Source of the DNA: Schaalia meyeri
GTDB taxonomy: Bacteria > Actinomycetota > Actinomycetes > Actinomycetales > Actinomycetaceae
Direction of reading: 5' to 3'
Assembly (NCBI RefSeq): GCF_900105015.1
Contig: NZ_FNLK01000014.1
Span: 130,820-162,819, forward strand
Length of the DNA stretch: 32,000 nucleotides
This document shows positions 7,858 through 17,321 of this stretch, piece by piece. The notes under the pieces are model-generated. The model saw only the letters and a program-made list of their open reading frames with translations. It did no database searches and was not told where the DNA came from. How positions within the stretch are numbered: the first letter of the stretch is position 1; every line of letters starts with the position of its first letter. The position numbers and the translations under genes were made by a program.

Positions 7858-8397
7858 TCACCGGTCGTCGGTGTTGGGGTCCGTGTCCGTGAGGCCGCCT
7901 GTCGGGGCCTCCGCGCCTTCGGAACCGCTGGGGCTCGCGGAACCACCCTGATCGATGGAACCACCCGGATCGACGGGGCCACCCGGTTTCCTGGGCTCGG
8001 CGGTTCCTTTTGAGCCCGCCGCGTGGATGATCTCGCGAAGTCCCCAGGCGAAGACGGCGGCGATGAAGTGGAACGGCAACCATCTGGCCACGAGGACCCA
8101 GTCGGAACCGCCGAGCAGACCCCTCAGCAACCGCCCCAACCACCATAGGACCGCCACGTCGGAGGTAACGGCCCCCATGATCACCACGATTTTCCATGCC
8201 CCGCCATGGTCGAGGAACTTCCGGGAAATGGACGCCAGCACCTGGATGAACGTGAAGATTCCGATGAAGCCGAAGAAGTAGAACAGAGCGAGGTCGGCGC
8301 TCCTGGAAGCGAAGAGGCCAACCAGGAAGACCACGTCGAGCACCAGGTACCGGATGATGAAGGAAAGGATTCCCCGGGGGTCTTTCAAGCGCACCAT
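7858..8397 (-). CDS. Integral membrane protein (about 4 TM) with a G/P/S-rich low-complexity C-terminal tail
   Basis: Hydrophobic segments (ILSFIIRYLVLDVVFLVGLF, LALFYFFGFIGIFTFIQVLA, IVVIMGAVTSDVAVLWWL, PFHFIAAVFAWGL). Family not recognised. Confidence 0.6.
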   Translation of the reverse strand: MVRLKDPRGILSFIIRYLVLDVVFLVGLFASRSADLALFYFFGFIGIFTFIQVLASISRKFLDHGGAWKIVVIMGAVTSDVAVLWWLGRLLRGLLGGSDWVLVARWLPFHFIAAVFAWGLREIIHAAGSKGTAEPRKPGGPVDPGGSIDQGGSASPSGSEGAEAPTGGLTDTDPNTDDR

Positions 8398-8672
8398 GCC
8401 ACCAGGTTAACGATTTCCAGCCACGAGGGTAAGCCCCCTAACAGCACACTGTTCCGCAGCGGCACCAGCCCGGCCCTACTCGCAGTCCTGGCCCTGTTGT
8501 TCTCGTTGCCCCCGCCTCGTCGATGAACGAACGCGGGCTATCGATTCCGACCACAGGCGACTACACTGTTTTTCACAGGCCACGAAAGAGGAAGGTCACT
8601 CGATGCGGCGCCGGGGCAGACGGCGCAGGATCGGGCGAGCGTGGCGTTGAATGAGGAAAGAGAAGGTGAACG

Positions 8673-8990
8673 ATGTCGTCCAGTGAGGAGTATCTCGAGT
8701 ACGTGCTTGATCTGCTATCCGGGTTGGATGAGGTATCGCATCGCAAAATGATGGGCGAATACATCCTCTACAGCCGAGGCAAGGTTGTGGGCGGCATCTA
8801 CGATGATCGCTTCCTGCTCAAGGCGACCGGCGCGTCGGTCGCACGCCTGCCCGACGCGCCGCGCGCGATTCCCTACGAAGGGGCCAAGGAGATGCTGCTC
8901 GTCGAGGTGGAGGACCGCGACGAGCTGCGCGACGTAATCAACGCGATGTGGGAGGAGCTGCCTGCACTCAAGAAGCGAACCAAGAAGTAG
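8673..8990 (+). CDS. TfoX/Sxy N-terminal domain protein (105 aa)
   Basis: EEYLEYVLDLLSGL...RKMMGEYILYSRGKVVGGIYDDRFLLK matches the TfoX_N pattern from memory. GAGAAGG RBS lies upstream of the ATG. Confidence 0.8.
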   Translation: MSSSEEYLEYVLDLLSGLDEVSHRKMMGEYILYSRGKVVGGIYDDRFLLKATGASVARLPDAPRAIPYEGAKEMLLVEVEDRDELRDVINAMWEELPALKKRTKK

Positions 8991-9104
8991 ACCCGCCCGC
9001 ACACGTACTCGCCCGCGCGCGCCCGCTTCCCCGCGTTCGCTCCTGTGTACAGACGCGGCCCGGGCCGCGCTGCCGCGACAACCAGGCGGTCGGGCAGTGG
9101 CGGT

Positions 9105-9656
9105 TTAGAGGTTCGTCACCAGATCCGCGAGGCGTTTGGCGTGTTCGCGTGAGCGCGCCACCATGTCGGCAAGCAATGCCTCATCCGTGCGGTTCGCGTA
9201 CGAGACGCCGAAGAGGCACAGGGACCCCACGCACTCCAAGCCCGTGAGCGTGCACGTGGCCGTCACAGGAGTAAGGAGCGCGTTGATGTCGACGGAGTCC
9301 GCAGAATAGTAAGCCTTTGGGGCACCGGCCGTCAGCGACACCACCAGCTTCTTCCCGCGCAGCGCAATGCCCGTCGAACCGTGGCTAAAGCCGCGGACGA
9401 ACACGTCCTCCATCCACTTCGCCAACAGCGACGGGAAGCCGTACCACCACAGCGGGTACTGCAAGACGATCACGTCCGCCGCAGCGAGCTTCGCCTGCTC
9501 CGCATCAACGTCAATGACGTAATCGGGGTAGAGGACGCCGAGCCTGTCAATCTCGGCACCGGGAAGGAGCCTCTCCAGCTCCTCAAGGATGGTCTTGTTC
9601 GCCACCGAGTCATCGTTGATCCTCGGATGTCCGGCTACAATCAGGACATTTGCCAT
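9105..9656 (-). CDS. Flavodoxin-like-fold NAD(P)H oxidoreductase (KefG/YwrO/general stress protein 14-like)
   Basis: VLIVAGHPR... and DVIVLQYPLWWYGFPSLLAKWMEDVF are typical of the family. AAGGAG RBS precedes the ATG. Confidence 0.85.
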   Translation of the reverse strand: MANVLIVAGHPRINDDSVANKTILEELERLLPGAEIDRLGVLYPDYVIDVDAEQAKLAAADVIVLQYPLWWYGFPSLLAKWMEDVFVRGFSHGSTGIALRGKKLVVSLTAGAPKAYYSADSVDINALLTPVTATCTLTGLECVGSLCLFGVSYANRTDEALLADMVARSREHAKRLADLVTNL

Positions 9657-9850
9657 GATGGTCTCCTTATCTCTGATACGACGAGACTAATCCTTCGCGT
9701 GCGCGCCTAACGGGGGTGGTCCGTTCTTTTCATCCCTAGCGAATAATCGGGAGGGGAAGAGAATGCGGGGGAAATACAACGACAGCGGAGGCACGTCCGA
9801 CACCGGCAAACGGCCCCGGCCTCGCGAGAAGCGAGACCAGGGCCGAAGGT

Positions 9851-9868
9851 CAGCCGCGGGCGCGGCTG
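9851..9868 (-). terminator. Short GC hairpin just after the fumC stop
   Basis: CAGCCGC-GGGC-GCGGCTG (7-bp stem, 4-nt loop) lies 7 nt downstream of the fumC stop. No U-tract. Confidence 0.35.
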
Positions 9869-9874
9869 AGCCGA

Positions 9875-11284
9875 TCACTCGTCGGCGGCGCTGGGGTGCG
9901 TCATGTCAGCAGGCACCACCCACGCGTCGAACTCCTGCTCCGTCAGGAAGCCGAGCTCCAGGGCGGACTCGCGCAGCGACAGACCCTTGTGGTGCGCATT
10001 CTTCGCGATCTTCGAGGCCTTGTCGTAGCCGATGTGGCGGTTCAGAGCGGTCACCTGCATGAGGTTGATGTCCAGGTTGTGCCGGATCTTCTCGTGGTTC
10101 GGCTCGATCCCGTACGCGCAGTTCGTATCGAAGGACACGCATGCGTCGCCCAGCAGACGGATCGACTCCAGCACGTTCCACGCCATGACCGGCTTGAACA
10201 CGTTCAGCTGGAAGTTACCCTGCGAGCCGGCGAAACCGACCGTCGCGTCGTTGCCGAACACCTGCGTGGCGACCATCGTCATCGCCTCGCACTGCGTCGG
10301 GTTCACCTTGCCCGGCATGATCGATGAACCCGGCTCGTTCTCCGGGATCAGCAGCTCGCCGATGCCGTTTCGCGGGCCCGAGGCATACCAGCGAACGTCG
10401 TTCGCGATCTTCATCAGTGCATCGGCCAGGACACGCAGGGCGCCCGATACCAGCACCAGCGCGTCGTGCGCACCCAGGGCGGCGAACAGGTTATCCGCCT
10501 GCTTGAAATCGATGCCCGTCTCCTCCGAAATCTTCTTGGCCGTCAGTTCACCGAACTTCGGGTGGGCGTTCAGGCCCGTGCCGACCGCCGTGCCGCCGAT
10601 GGCCAGCTCGCGCGCACGAGTGTCCGCGTACTCGATGCCCTCCAGGGCGAAGTCGATCTGCGCCACCCAACCCGAGATGACCTGGCCCAGGCGGATCGGT
10701 GTCGCGTCCTGCAGGTGGGTGCGGCCCACCATGATGACGTCGTCGAACTCTTTCGCCTTCTTGTCCAGGGTGTCGCGCAGCTGGCGCACGCGCGGGTACA
10801 TGTCGTGCAGCTCGGAGACGACCGCAATGTGCATGGCCGTCGGGAACGTGTCGTTCGAGGATTGGCCGCGGTTCACGTGATCGTTGGGGTGCACGGGGGC
10901 CTTCGTGCCCATCTGGCCTCCCGCGATCTCAATGGCGCGGTTCGAGATGACCTCGTTCGCGTTCATGTTCGACTGCGTGCCCGAACCCGTCTGGAAAACG
11001 ACCAGCGGGAAGTTGTCATCCAGCTTGCCGGAGATGACCTCGTCACCGGCCTGGGCGATGAAGTCCGCGATGTCGGCGGGCAGCTCGCCCAGCTCCGCGT
11101 TCGCCAGGGCAGCGCACTTCTTTAAAATGCCGAGGGCGCGCACCATCGGGCGGCCCCACACGAACGTGTTACGTCCGATGTCAAAGTTGTGCAGCGAACG
11201 CTCAGTCTGAGCGCCCCAGTAGCGGTTCGCGGGGACCTCAACGGCACCCATCGAGTCGGTTTCAGTGCGGGTAACTTGTGCCAC
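9875..11284 (-). CDS. fumC: Class II fumarate hydratase
   Basis: Signature [16 protein letters not shown], full-length similarity to FumC, GTG start preceded by GAAGGAG. Confidence 0.97.
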   Translation of the reverse strand: MAQVTRTETDSMGAVEVPANRYWGAQTERSLHNFDIGRNTFVWGRPMVRALGILKKCAALANAELGELPADIADFIAQAGDEVISGKLDDNFPLVVFQTGSGTQSNMNANEVISNRAIEIAGGQMGTKAPVHPNDHVNRGQSSNDTFPTAMHIAVVSELHDMYPRVRQLRDTLDKKAKEFDDVIMVGRTHLQDATPIRLGQVISGWVAQIDFALEGIEYADTRARELAIGGTAVGTGLNAHPKFGELTAKKISEETGIDFKQADNLFAALGAHDALVLVSGALRVLADALMKIANDVRWYASGPRNGIGELLIPENEPGSSIMPGKVNPTQCEAMTMVATQVFGNDATVGFAGSQGNFQLNVFKPVMAWNVLESIRLLGDACVSFDTNCAYGIEPNHEKIRHNLDINLMQVTALNRHIGYDKASKIAKNAHHKGLSLRESALELGFLTEQEFDAWVVPADMTHPSAADE

Positions 11285-11361
11285 AAGTGGCTCCTTCGCG
11301 TAGGACTAACGTACCCCACCAGGATAGCGCCGGACGCGCCCGGTGGCGTGGGGCACTCGTC

Positions 11362-12690
11362 CTAATCGTTCGTGCGAGCGCGAAAGTCCGACCGCCCCAG
11401 CAGCCACCATGCGCACGAGCAAGAGAACACGACGAGCGCGAGAGCCGCGAGGAACGGAGACAGGGGGACCCACCCGTACAGGGCCGTGGCCGACACGGGG
11501 GCGACGATCCACGTGATCGCCCCCGTCGCGTTGATGATTCCGGCGATGCCGCCCTGCTCGCGGGTGGTGACGGACAGGGAGACGCCCGCCGCGTAGCCGG
11601 GGGAGGCCATGCCCGAGGCCACCCCCATCATGAAGGTTGACGCGGCCACGGCCCACAGGTTCGGCGCGAAAGACAGGCAGGCCAACGCCACCAGAGCCAG
11701 GCTCATGCCGGAGCGTAGAAGAGACCGCGGCCCCCAGCCCATGCGCGGCACCACGATCAGCTGCATGACCATGGCGCCCGCCGCGTTGGCCAGCAGCATC
11801 ATTCCCGTCACCGACACCGCGTGGGTGGGATCCAACCCACCGTGATCCTGCACCACGAAGCCCATCGTGATCTGAACGACGCCGTTGGCGAAATAGATGC
11901 CGAACACGGATGCGATCCACGGTGCTATGCGGCGGTCCGTCCACCCCACGCGCGGAGGCAGGCTCGCGGAGGACTCCTCGCCCGGGGCGTCGGTCCTCGC
12001 CATCGACGAGGCCGGGGATGCCTCGGGGGCTTGTCCTTCCTCGGCCGCGCGCCCCCCGAGTCCCCTCCGGGCGGGGGAGCGGGACCCGTCGCGGGGCAGC
12101 CACGCGAGGGCGATACCGAGCGCGACGAGGACGAACAGCGGCGTCGCGTGGACGGGCGCGAAGATCCACCACGCTCCCAGCGCCGAGGAAATGAGGGAAC
12201 CGATCATGACGGACAGGTTGATGGCGCCGGAAAACGCGGACGTTCCGCTCACGCGCGATTGCTCGTCGGGGGTGACCTGCGCAACCAGGGCCTGGCCGGT
12301 CGGTGGGATAGCGGCGACCGCCGCGCCGAAGAAGGGGCCGCGCGCCACCATGATGGCACCCGCCGCGACGAATGCGCCGATAGCTCCCGTGGCGCGCGCC
12401 CACACGGCCGCCGAAAAGAGCGTTCCGGCTGCCAGTGCCAGGCCCAGCGCCCACAGGATCACGCGCCTGCGCCCCCACGCGATCGATCGGCGCCCCCAGA
12501 ACTGGCTGAGAGCGGTGACGGCCAGCGCGGCCAGCGACACGGCGGCCCCCACGATCCACTCGGGCAGGGTAAGGGCACGAGAGAGGGGAGCGATCGACAC
12601 ATTCAGCATGTTCTGCGCCGTATAGGTGAAAAGAGCGATGGCGACGAGGGCTCGCAGCGTCGGATTGGTCAGCAACGGAGAGGAAGGCAC
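11362..12690 (-). CDS. MFS transporter
   Basis: About 12 hydrophobic helices in a 6+6 layout, separated by a long charged/low-complexity central loop (PRDGSRSPARRGLGG...). GTG start. Confidence 0.85.
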   Translation of the reverse strand: MPSSPLLTNPTLRALVAIALFTYTAQNMLNVSIAPLSRALTLPEWIVGAAVSLAALAVTALSQFWGRRSIAWGRRRVILWALGLALAAGTLFSAAVWARATGAIGAFVAAGAIMVARGPFFGAAVAAIPPTGQALVAQVTPDEQSRVSGTSAFSGAINLSVMIGSLISSALGAWWIFAPVHATPLFVLVALGIALAWLPRDGSRSPARRGLGGRAAEEGQAPEASPASSMARTDAPGEESSASLPPRVGWTDRRIAPWIASVFGIYFANGVVQITMGFVVQDHGGLDPTHAVSVTGMMLLANAAGAMVMQLIVVPRMGWGPRSLLRSGMSLALVALACLSFAPNLWAVAASTFMMGVASGMASPGYAAGVSLSVTTREQGGIAGIINATGAITWIVAPVSATALYGWVPLSPFLAALALVVFSCSCAWWLLGRSDFRARTND

Positions 12691-12707
12691 AGTGCATCCT
12701 ACGACGA

Positions 12708-12732
12708 GGCCCCCGCGCGATGCGCGGGGGCC
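12708..12732 (-). terminator. GC-rich hairpin downstream of folA (terminator or attenuator)
   Basis: Perfect 11-bp stem GGCCCCCGCGC / GCGCGGGGGCC with a 3-nt loop and no U-tract. It lies only 17 nt upstream of the MFS GTG, so read-through into the MFS gene is possible. Confidence 0.5.
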
Positions 12733-12777
12733 GGGCCTAACTGTTGTCGAATCGGGTCGGTGCGGTGCGATCTGCCC

Positions 12778-13311
12778 CTAGCGCTGGACCCAGGTGCTCA
12801 CCTTCCAGCGCGCGTCCCCGGAGAGTTCGCGCCAGTTTGCGTCGCTGCGCGCCTCGTCCCGCCGCCACAGGGCGGGATCCAGGGGCGGGGCATAGACGAG
12901 GGAGGCGCCCTCCGGGGTCCAGGAGGCGACGTCCAGGTCGATGTCGGTGACCACCACCTCATCCAGGAGGGGCAGGGTCTGCGCGTACAGGTTCGCTCCG
13001 CCGGTGATCCAGACGTAGGGCGCGCCCGTGTCCTCAGCGACCGCGCGGGCGTGGGCCAGCGCCGACTCCACCGAATGGGCGACGTGAGCGCCCACTGCCT
13101 CGTAGCCGGGCGAGCGGGTGACCACAATGTTCGTGCGGCCGGGCAGGGCACGGCCAAGAGCCTCCCATGAACGCCGCCCCATGATGATCGGGCATCCCAT
13201 CGTGGACTCCTTGAAGTGGCGGAAGTCCGCGGGCACGCGCCACGCCATGGCCGCGCCCGTCCCGAGGACGCCGCCGCGGTCCTGCGCCCAGATCGCCGCC
13301 AGCTTCGTCAT
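12778..13311 (-). CDS. folA: Dihydrofolate reductase
   Basis: [13 protein letters not shown]..., [34 protein letters not shown]. The start overlaps the thyA stop (ATGA). Confidence 0.92.
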   Translation of the reverse strand: MTKLAAIWAQDRGGVLGTGAAMAWRVPADFRHFKESTMGCPIIMGRRSWEALGRALPGRTNIVVTRSPGYEAVGAHVAHSVESALAHARAVAEDTGAPYVWITGGANLYAQTLPLLDEVVVTDIDLDVASWTPEGASLVYAPPLDPALWRRDEARSDANWRELSGDARWKVSTWVQR

Positions 13312-14111
13312 ACCGCGACCGGCGCCTTGATGGTGGGGTGGTGCTGGTATCCCGCAAACGAAATGTCATCGAAGGAATAGTCGAACATCGACGGAGCCTT
13401 CGTCAGCTCCAGGCGGGGGAAGGGGTAGGGATCGCGGCTCAGCTGCTCGCGCACCTGCTCCGTGTGGTTGGAGTAGATGTGGCAGTCGCCGCCCGTCCAA
13501 ATGAAGTCGCCGACCTCAAGGCCCGCCTGCTGGGCGAACATGTGGGTGAGCAGCGAGTAGGACGCGATGTTGAAGGGGACACCCAAGAACATGTCCGCGC
13601 TGCGCTGATACAGCTGCAGCGACAGCCGCCCGTCAGCCACGTAGAGCTGGAAGAAAGCGTGGCACGGTTCGAGCGCCATCTCAGGCAGGTCGCCGACGTT
13701 CCACGCGGAGACGACCATGCGGCGCGAGTCGGGATTCGTTGTGAGCGTTTCCAGCACGGAAGCAATCTGGTCGATGCGGCGGCCATCGCCAGCGTTCCAG
13801 GAACGCCACTGCACGCCGTACACCGGGCCCAGGTCGCCGTGCTCGTCCGCCCACTCGTTCCAGATGCGGATGCCGTGCTCTCGCAGCCACGACACGTTCG
13901 ACGAGCCCGACAGGAACCACAGGAGCTCACCCACGACGGACTTGACGTGCACGTGCTTCGTCGTGATCAGCGGGAAACCGCGCGAGAGGTCGTAGCGCAG
14001 CTGCGCTCCGAACACAGAACGCGTGCCCGTGCCCGTGCGATCCCCCTTCGGGGTGCCCTCGGACATGATGCGCGCCAGCAGGTCCTCGTACTGGCGGTCG
14101 ACACCTGCCAC
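13308..14111 (-). CDS. thyA: Thymidylate synthase
   Basis: [29 protein letters not shown], catalytic-Cys region [30 protein letters not shown] chose GTG at 14111 (1 nt after the osmC-like stop) rather than the supplied ORF start at 14231. Confidence 0.95.
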   Translation of the reverse strand: MAGVDRQYEDLLARIMSEGTPKGDRTGTGTRSVFGAQLRYDLSRGFPLITTKHVHVKSVVGELLWFLSGSSNVSWLREHGIRIWNEWADEHGDLGPVYGVQWRSWNAGDGRRIDQIASVLETLTTNPDSRRMVVSAWNVGDLPEMALEPCHAFFQLYVADGRLSLQLYQRSADMFLGVPFNIASYSLLTHMFAQQAGLEVGDFIWTGGDCHIYSNHTEQVREQLSRDPYPFPRLELTKAPSMFDYSFDDISFAGYQHHPTIKAPVAV

Positions 14112-14112
14112 G

Positions 14113-14538
14113 TCAGTCGACCTGTTCGTTCGTCCAGGTGTGCGAGGCCGGCAGGGCCTGGTCGACAACCGAGTGTTCGATCGTGCAGTTGCGCTTGACC
14201 GCGGACTCTGCGCGACGCAGCAGATCAGCAATCTCGTCCTCGCTCAGCACGGACATGTCCTGGACCAGCTCCACGTCCACGTGCGTGAAACGATCGTTGT
14301 CCTCATCATAGGAAGCGGACACGCCCACGAACTGCGAGAAATCATCGCCCAGGCGGGCCGCCAGGCGCGCGTCTGAACTCATCGCGTTGCAGCCCGCGAT
14401 CGCGAGCTTGAGCAGGTCGCCGGGGGAAAACATGCCGGGGCCGTGCCCGACCCGGATCTCGGCGCCATCTTGGTTGCGGGCGACGTATTCGCGCACGCCC
14501 GTTCGCTGCAGGTACAGGGACTTCGGGGTATCACTCAT
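14113..14538 (-). CDS. OsmC/Ohr family protein
   Basis: [16 protein letters not shown] and a second Cys in RNCTIEHSV match the OsmC-family two-Cys layout. 141 aa. Confidence 0.8.
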   Translation of the reverse strand: MSDTPKSLYLQRTGVREYVARNQDGAEIRVGHGPGMFSPGDLLKLAIAGCNAMSSDARLAARLGDDFSQFVGVSASYDEDNDRFTHVDVELVQDMSVLSEDEIADLLRRAESAVKRNCTIEHSVVDQALPASHTWTNEQVD

Positions 14539-14749
14539 GCCATTATTCTGAACCCCCTCGCCCTCGTTTGCCGTCTGGGGGCGCCCGTATCGCCCGTGGC
14601 GTATCCAGGAATAAAATAATGCACGCCCCTTGATATACGCTTACGTAACATCTATTGGCGGTTGTCAAAGGGGCTATCGGGGGGAGCATGCGAGTGGGAT
14701 CGGCGCGTGCCTCCGAAGGGGCCACAATCATCGCGTAGCAAAGCGTTGA

Positions 14750-15232
14750 TCAGCGGTGTTCTTCCAGCCAGGCGGCCGCCAGCTCCCGCTCGCGCTTTGC
14801 GACGCCCCCCAGGTGCGCCACGGCCTCTTTCTCGATGTGCCCCCCCAGCAGCGGCACGCGCACGGATATCGCGCCCGTCACCTCCCGAGTGCAGCCTCCC
14901 TCCGAGGCGGCCAGGGTGGAGGTGGCCTCGACCGACACGGGTGCGCCGTCGACGGTCACCGAGGAGCGCGAGCGCGCCGAGGCCTCGTCAGTGACCCATT
15001 CCTCCGTGAAGGTCACGCACAGGGGAGTGCTCACGAAGCGCGCCGCGGCCGCCGGGAGCAGCTCGGGGCGACACTGGCCTCCAAGCGTGATGCGCTGGTC
15101 CTCCACGCTGATGTGGGCGGTGCCTTCCACGAGGAATGGGGTGAAGCGCCGCTGCAGGTAGTCGGGGGTCAGATACATGGCGACGACCTCATCGACCGTG
15201 CCCGGATAGGAAATTGACTGCGCGAACTCCAT
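14750..15232 (-). CDS. Hypothetical protein, possibly DUF2505/SRPBCC-fold
   Basis: 160-aa ORF with ordinary composition. Its size and N-terminus (MEFAQSISYPGTVDEVVAMYLTPDYL) resemble actinobacterial DUF2505 proteins from memory; not verified. Confidence 0.6.
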   Translation of the reverse strand: MEFAQSISYPGTVDEVVAMYLTPDYLQRRFTPFLVEGTAHISVEDQRITLGGQCRPELLPAAAARFVSTPLCVTFTEEWVTDEASARSRSSVTVDGAPVSVEATSTLAASEGGCTREVTGAISVRVPLLGGHIEKEAVAHLGGVAKRERELAAAWLEEHR

Positions 15233-15339
15233 GGTTCTCCTTCACCGAATAACCGTCGCCGAATCGTGGTCCGGCGCTGATTTGCAACATTTGCAGTTAA
15301 GGACCAACTGAGTTGCTCCTCTCCCTTTAGAGTAGGACC

Positions 15340-16800
15340 ATGCGTAGCCTCATGCAGTTAGCTGAAGAAGCCTCTTCAACACCGCTGTCGGAGAAGGACA
15401 TCGATTGGCTGCACCTACTCCTCGCGGACTGGCAGGTGCTGGCTGATCTGGCGGCCGCCGACCTGGTCCTGTGGCTGCCCGCAGACGACGGACGCTTCAT
15501 TGCCGCCGCGCACTGTCGGCCCGCGACGTCAACGACGGTCCACGTTGACGACATCATCGGGCTGCACCTGCCCGCCGCTCGCGAGATCGAACTGCGACGA
15601 GCCATCCAGACCGGACAGGTCGTGCGTTCACCCTCCGCGCGCTGGGCGGGCACCTACTCGATGATGGAAACCTGTGTGCCCGTTTGCCACGACGGCCGCA
15701 TCATCGCCGTCGTCACGCGCGAAGCGAACCTGTCCAGCCCGCGTCTGTCCCTCGGATTTGAGGGGTGGACCGTGGCAGCGGCCGACACCCTGTGCCAGAT
15801 GATGGCGCGCGGCGAGTACCCCTACGATTCGACGCCGCAGGTCACCTCCCACGGCGTACCGCGGGTCCTCGACGGAGCCCTCCTGATCGACGCCGATGGG
15901 CGGGTTCAGCAGGCGACGCCCAACGCGGTGTCCTGCCTGCGGCGCCTGGGGATCCGCTCCCACGTGACCGGAAAGGTTCTCGCCCAGGAAATCACGCAGG
16001 TTATCGGGGATGAATCCCTCATCGAAGAATCGATGGCGGTCGTCGTCATGGGGCGGGCCTCCTGGCGCGTGGAGATCACCGCGCGCGCATCGACCATCAC
16101 CATGCGTGCGCTTCCCCTCGTCAATGGCCGCAAGCGCCTGGGGGCCGTGATCCTCACGCGGGACGTGTCCGAAATGCACCGGCACGAGCAGGCTCTCATG
16201 ACGAAAGACGCGACAATCCGTGAGATCCACCACCGCGTCAAGAACAATCTGCAGACCGTTTCTGCGCTGCTGCGCCTCCAGTCGCGTCGCTCCTCGGAGG
16301 AAGCTGTGAAGGTTGCTCTGGCCGAGGCGGAGCGGCGCATTCAGGCCATCGCGACCGTGCACGCGGCCCTGTCGCAAAACGTTGACGAGTCAGTCGACTT
16401 TGATGAGGTCGCGCGCACCGTCGTGCGCATGTCGGGAGCCATCGCGTCCACGGATCACGGGGTCGAGGTCGTCACGATGGGACGCTTCGGGACGATCTTA
16501 GCCGATCAGGCGCAGGCCCTGGCGACCGTCCTGAACGAGCTGGTCGCTAATTCCGTCGAGCACGGTTTGGCCGACCGCGATGGGCGCATCGAAGTGTGTG
16601 CGCGGCGCGAGGGGCTGGTCATGACCGTGACCGTCGCGGATGATGGCGCGGGCTTCGTGCCCGGCACGCCCATGAGCGGCCTGGGCACGCAGATCGTCCA
16701 CCAAATGGTGCGCGGGGAACTGCGCGGTTCCATCGAGTGGGCCCCGAGGGAGGATGGCGGCACTCTCGTGACGCTGGTGATCAACCTGGATCCCGCGTGA
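15340..16800 (+). CDS. pdtaS: Soluble sensor histidine kinase, PdtaS-like (GAF/PAS - HisKA_2 - HATPase)
   Basis: H-box IHHRVKNNLQTVSALLRLQSRR (HisKA_2), C-terminal HATPase (LNELVANSVEHG, DDGAGF). The N-terminus DIDWLHLLLADWQVLADLAAADLVLWLP is typical of PdtaS. It is convergent with whiB1, as in M. tuberculosis Rv3220c/Rv3219. Confidence 0.85.
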   Translation: MRSLMQLAEEASSTPLSEKDIDWLHLLLADWQVLADLAAADLVLWLPADDGRFIAAAHCRPATSTTVHVDDIIGLHLPAAREIELRRAIQTGQVVRSPSARWAGTYSMMETCVPVCHDGRIIAVVTREANLSSPRLSLGFEGWTVAAADTLCQMMARGEYPYDSTPQVTSHGVPRVLDGALLIDADGRVQQATPNAVSCLRRLGIRSHVTGKVLAQEITQVIGDESLIEESMAVVVMGRASWRVEITARASTITMRALPLVNGRKRLGAVILTRDVSEMHRHEQALMTKDATIREIHHRVKNNLQTVSALLRLQSRRSSEEAVKVALAEAERRIQAIATVHAALSQNVDESVDFDEVARTVVRMSGAIASTDHGVEVVTMGRFGTILADQAQALATVLNELVANSVEHGLADRDGRIEVCARREGLVMTVTVADDGAGFVPGTPMSGLGTQIVHQMVRGELRGSIEWAPREDGGTLVTLVINLDPA

Positions 16801-16855
16801 GCGGACGAAACAGCAGCGGATGAACGAAGAGGTTGCCTCCGCCAGGTGTTAACGA

Positions 16856-16886
16856 GGCCGGGGATCCCCTGAGTGGATCCTCGGCC
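16856..16886. terminator. Bidirectional hairpin between pdtaS and whiB1
   Basis: GGCCGGGGATCC (16856-16867) / GGATCCTCGGCC (16875-16886): a 12-bp stem with one mismatch and a 7-nt loop. Confidence 0.5.
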
Positions 16887-16920
16887 CTGTTCGTGGGTGC
16901 CGTTTGGCGTGCCCGGGTGG

Positions 16921-17172
16921 TCAACAGCCGACGCGGCGTGCGCGCGCCGCGCGGCGTTTAAGGGACCGGCGTTCTTCTTCGCTCATTCCGCCCCAGACTC
17001 CGGAGTCTTGGTTATTGTCGATGGCCCACCGGAGGCAGACGCCCTTCACGGAGCATTCGCGGCAGACGGCCTTTGCTTTGGCCATCTGGATGATGGCGGG
17101 ACCCGTGCTGCCGATGGGGAAAAAGATTTCGGGATCGACTGTCAGGCATGCCGCCCTGCTGCGCCAGTCCAT
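16921..17172 (-). CDS. whiB1: WhiB-family [4Fe-4S] transcription factor, WhiB1-like
   Basis: MDWRSRAAC...DPEIFFP...AKAVCRECSVKGVCLRWA...QDSGVWGGMSEEERRSLKRR: four Cys (C-X27-C-X2-C-X5-C), a GVWGG turn and a basic tail. Close to M. tuberculosis WhiB1 from memory. Confidence 0.9.
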   Translation of the reverse strand: MDWRSRAACLTVDPEIFFPIGSTGPAIIQMAKAKAVCRECSVKGVCLRWAIDNNQDSGVWGGMSEEERRSLKRRAARARRVGC

Positions 17173-17321
17173 GTGAGTGCTCCTTGTGTCGCCGTTCGCC
17201 TGATGCTCCGCTGATTCCCTTGTCAGTCTCTGTTACGTCATCCTAGTCGTGCAAGGCGGCGGTAACAGCGAAACAGGGAAGTCACTATGCGTCTGGTCAC
17301 GGCGGGTGAATTTGCTGGGAC

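Noticed and set aside
5847-7982. 711-aa minus-strand ORF spanning the ABC permease and ATPase genes
   Set aside because: It is antisense to two genes with strong family motifs. The translation is R/G/P/H/E-rich with no motifs, a typical high-GC antisense open frame.
7939-7986. Imperfect tandem 18-bp repeats GGAACCACCC(T/G)GATCGA(T/C)
   Set aside because: They lie inside the minus-strand membrane-protein gene and encode its G/P/S-rich low-complexity tail (GGPVDPGGSIDQGGS). They are not a CRISPR or an intergenic repeat.
11821-13170. 449-aa plus-strand ORF (and the 463-aa alternative minus frame 11306..12697) over the MFS and folA genes
   Set aside because: R/G/P-rich junk translations. The MFS frame gives clean TM helices and the folA frame gives DHFR motifs.
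14539-14749. 211-bp relatively AT-rich 5' region of osmC-thyA-folA as a possible riboswitch or ncRNA
   Set aside because: I saw a TTGACA box (minus strand, about 14663-14668) but no convincing -10 and no recognisable riboswitch core. Evidence is insufficient beyond a likely promoter region.
16856-16867. The 12-mer GGCCGGGGATCC is shared by the hairpins at 1160-1171 and 16856-16867, suggesting a REP-like family
   Set aside because: There are only two copies, the surrounding arms differ, and a shared 12-mer between two GC-rich hairpins in 32 kb is within chance expectation.
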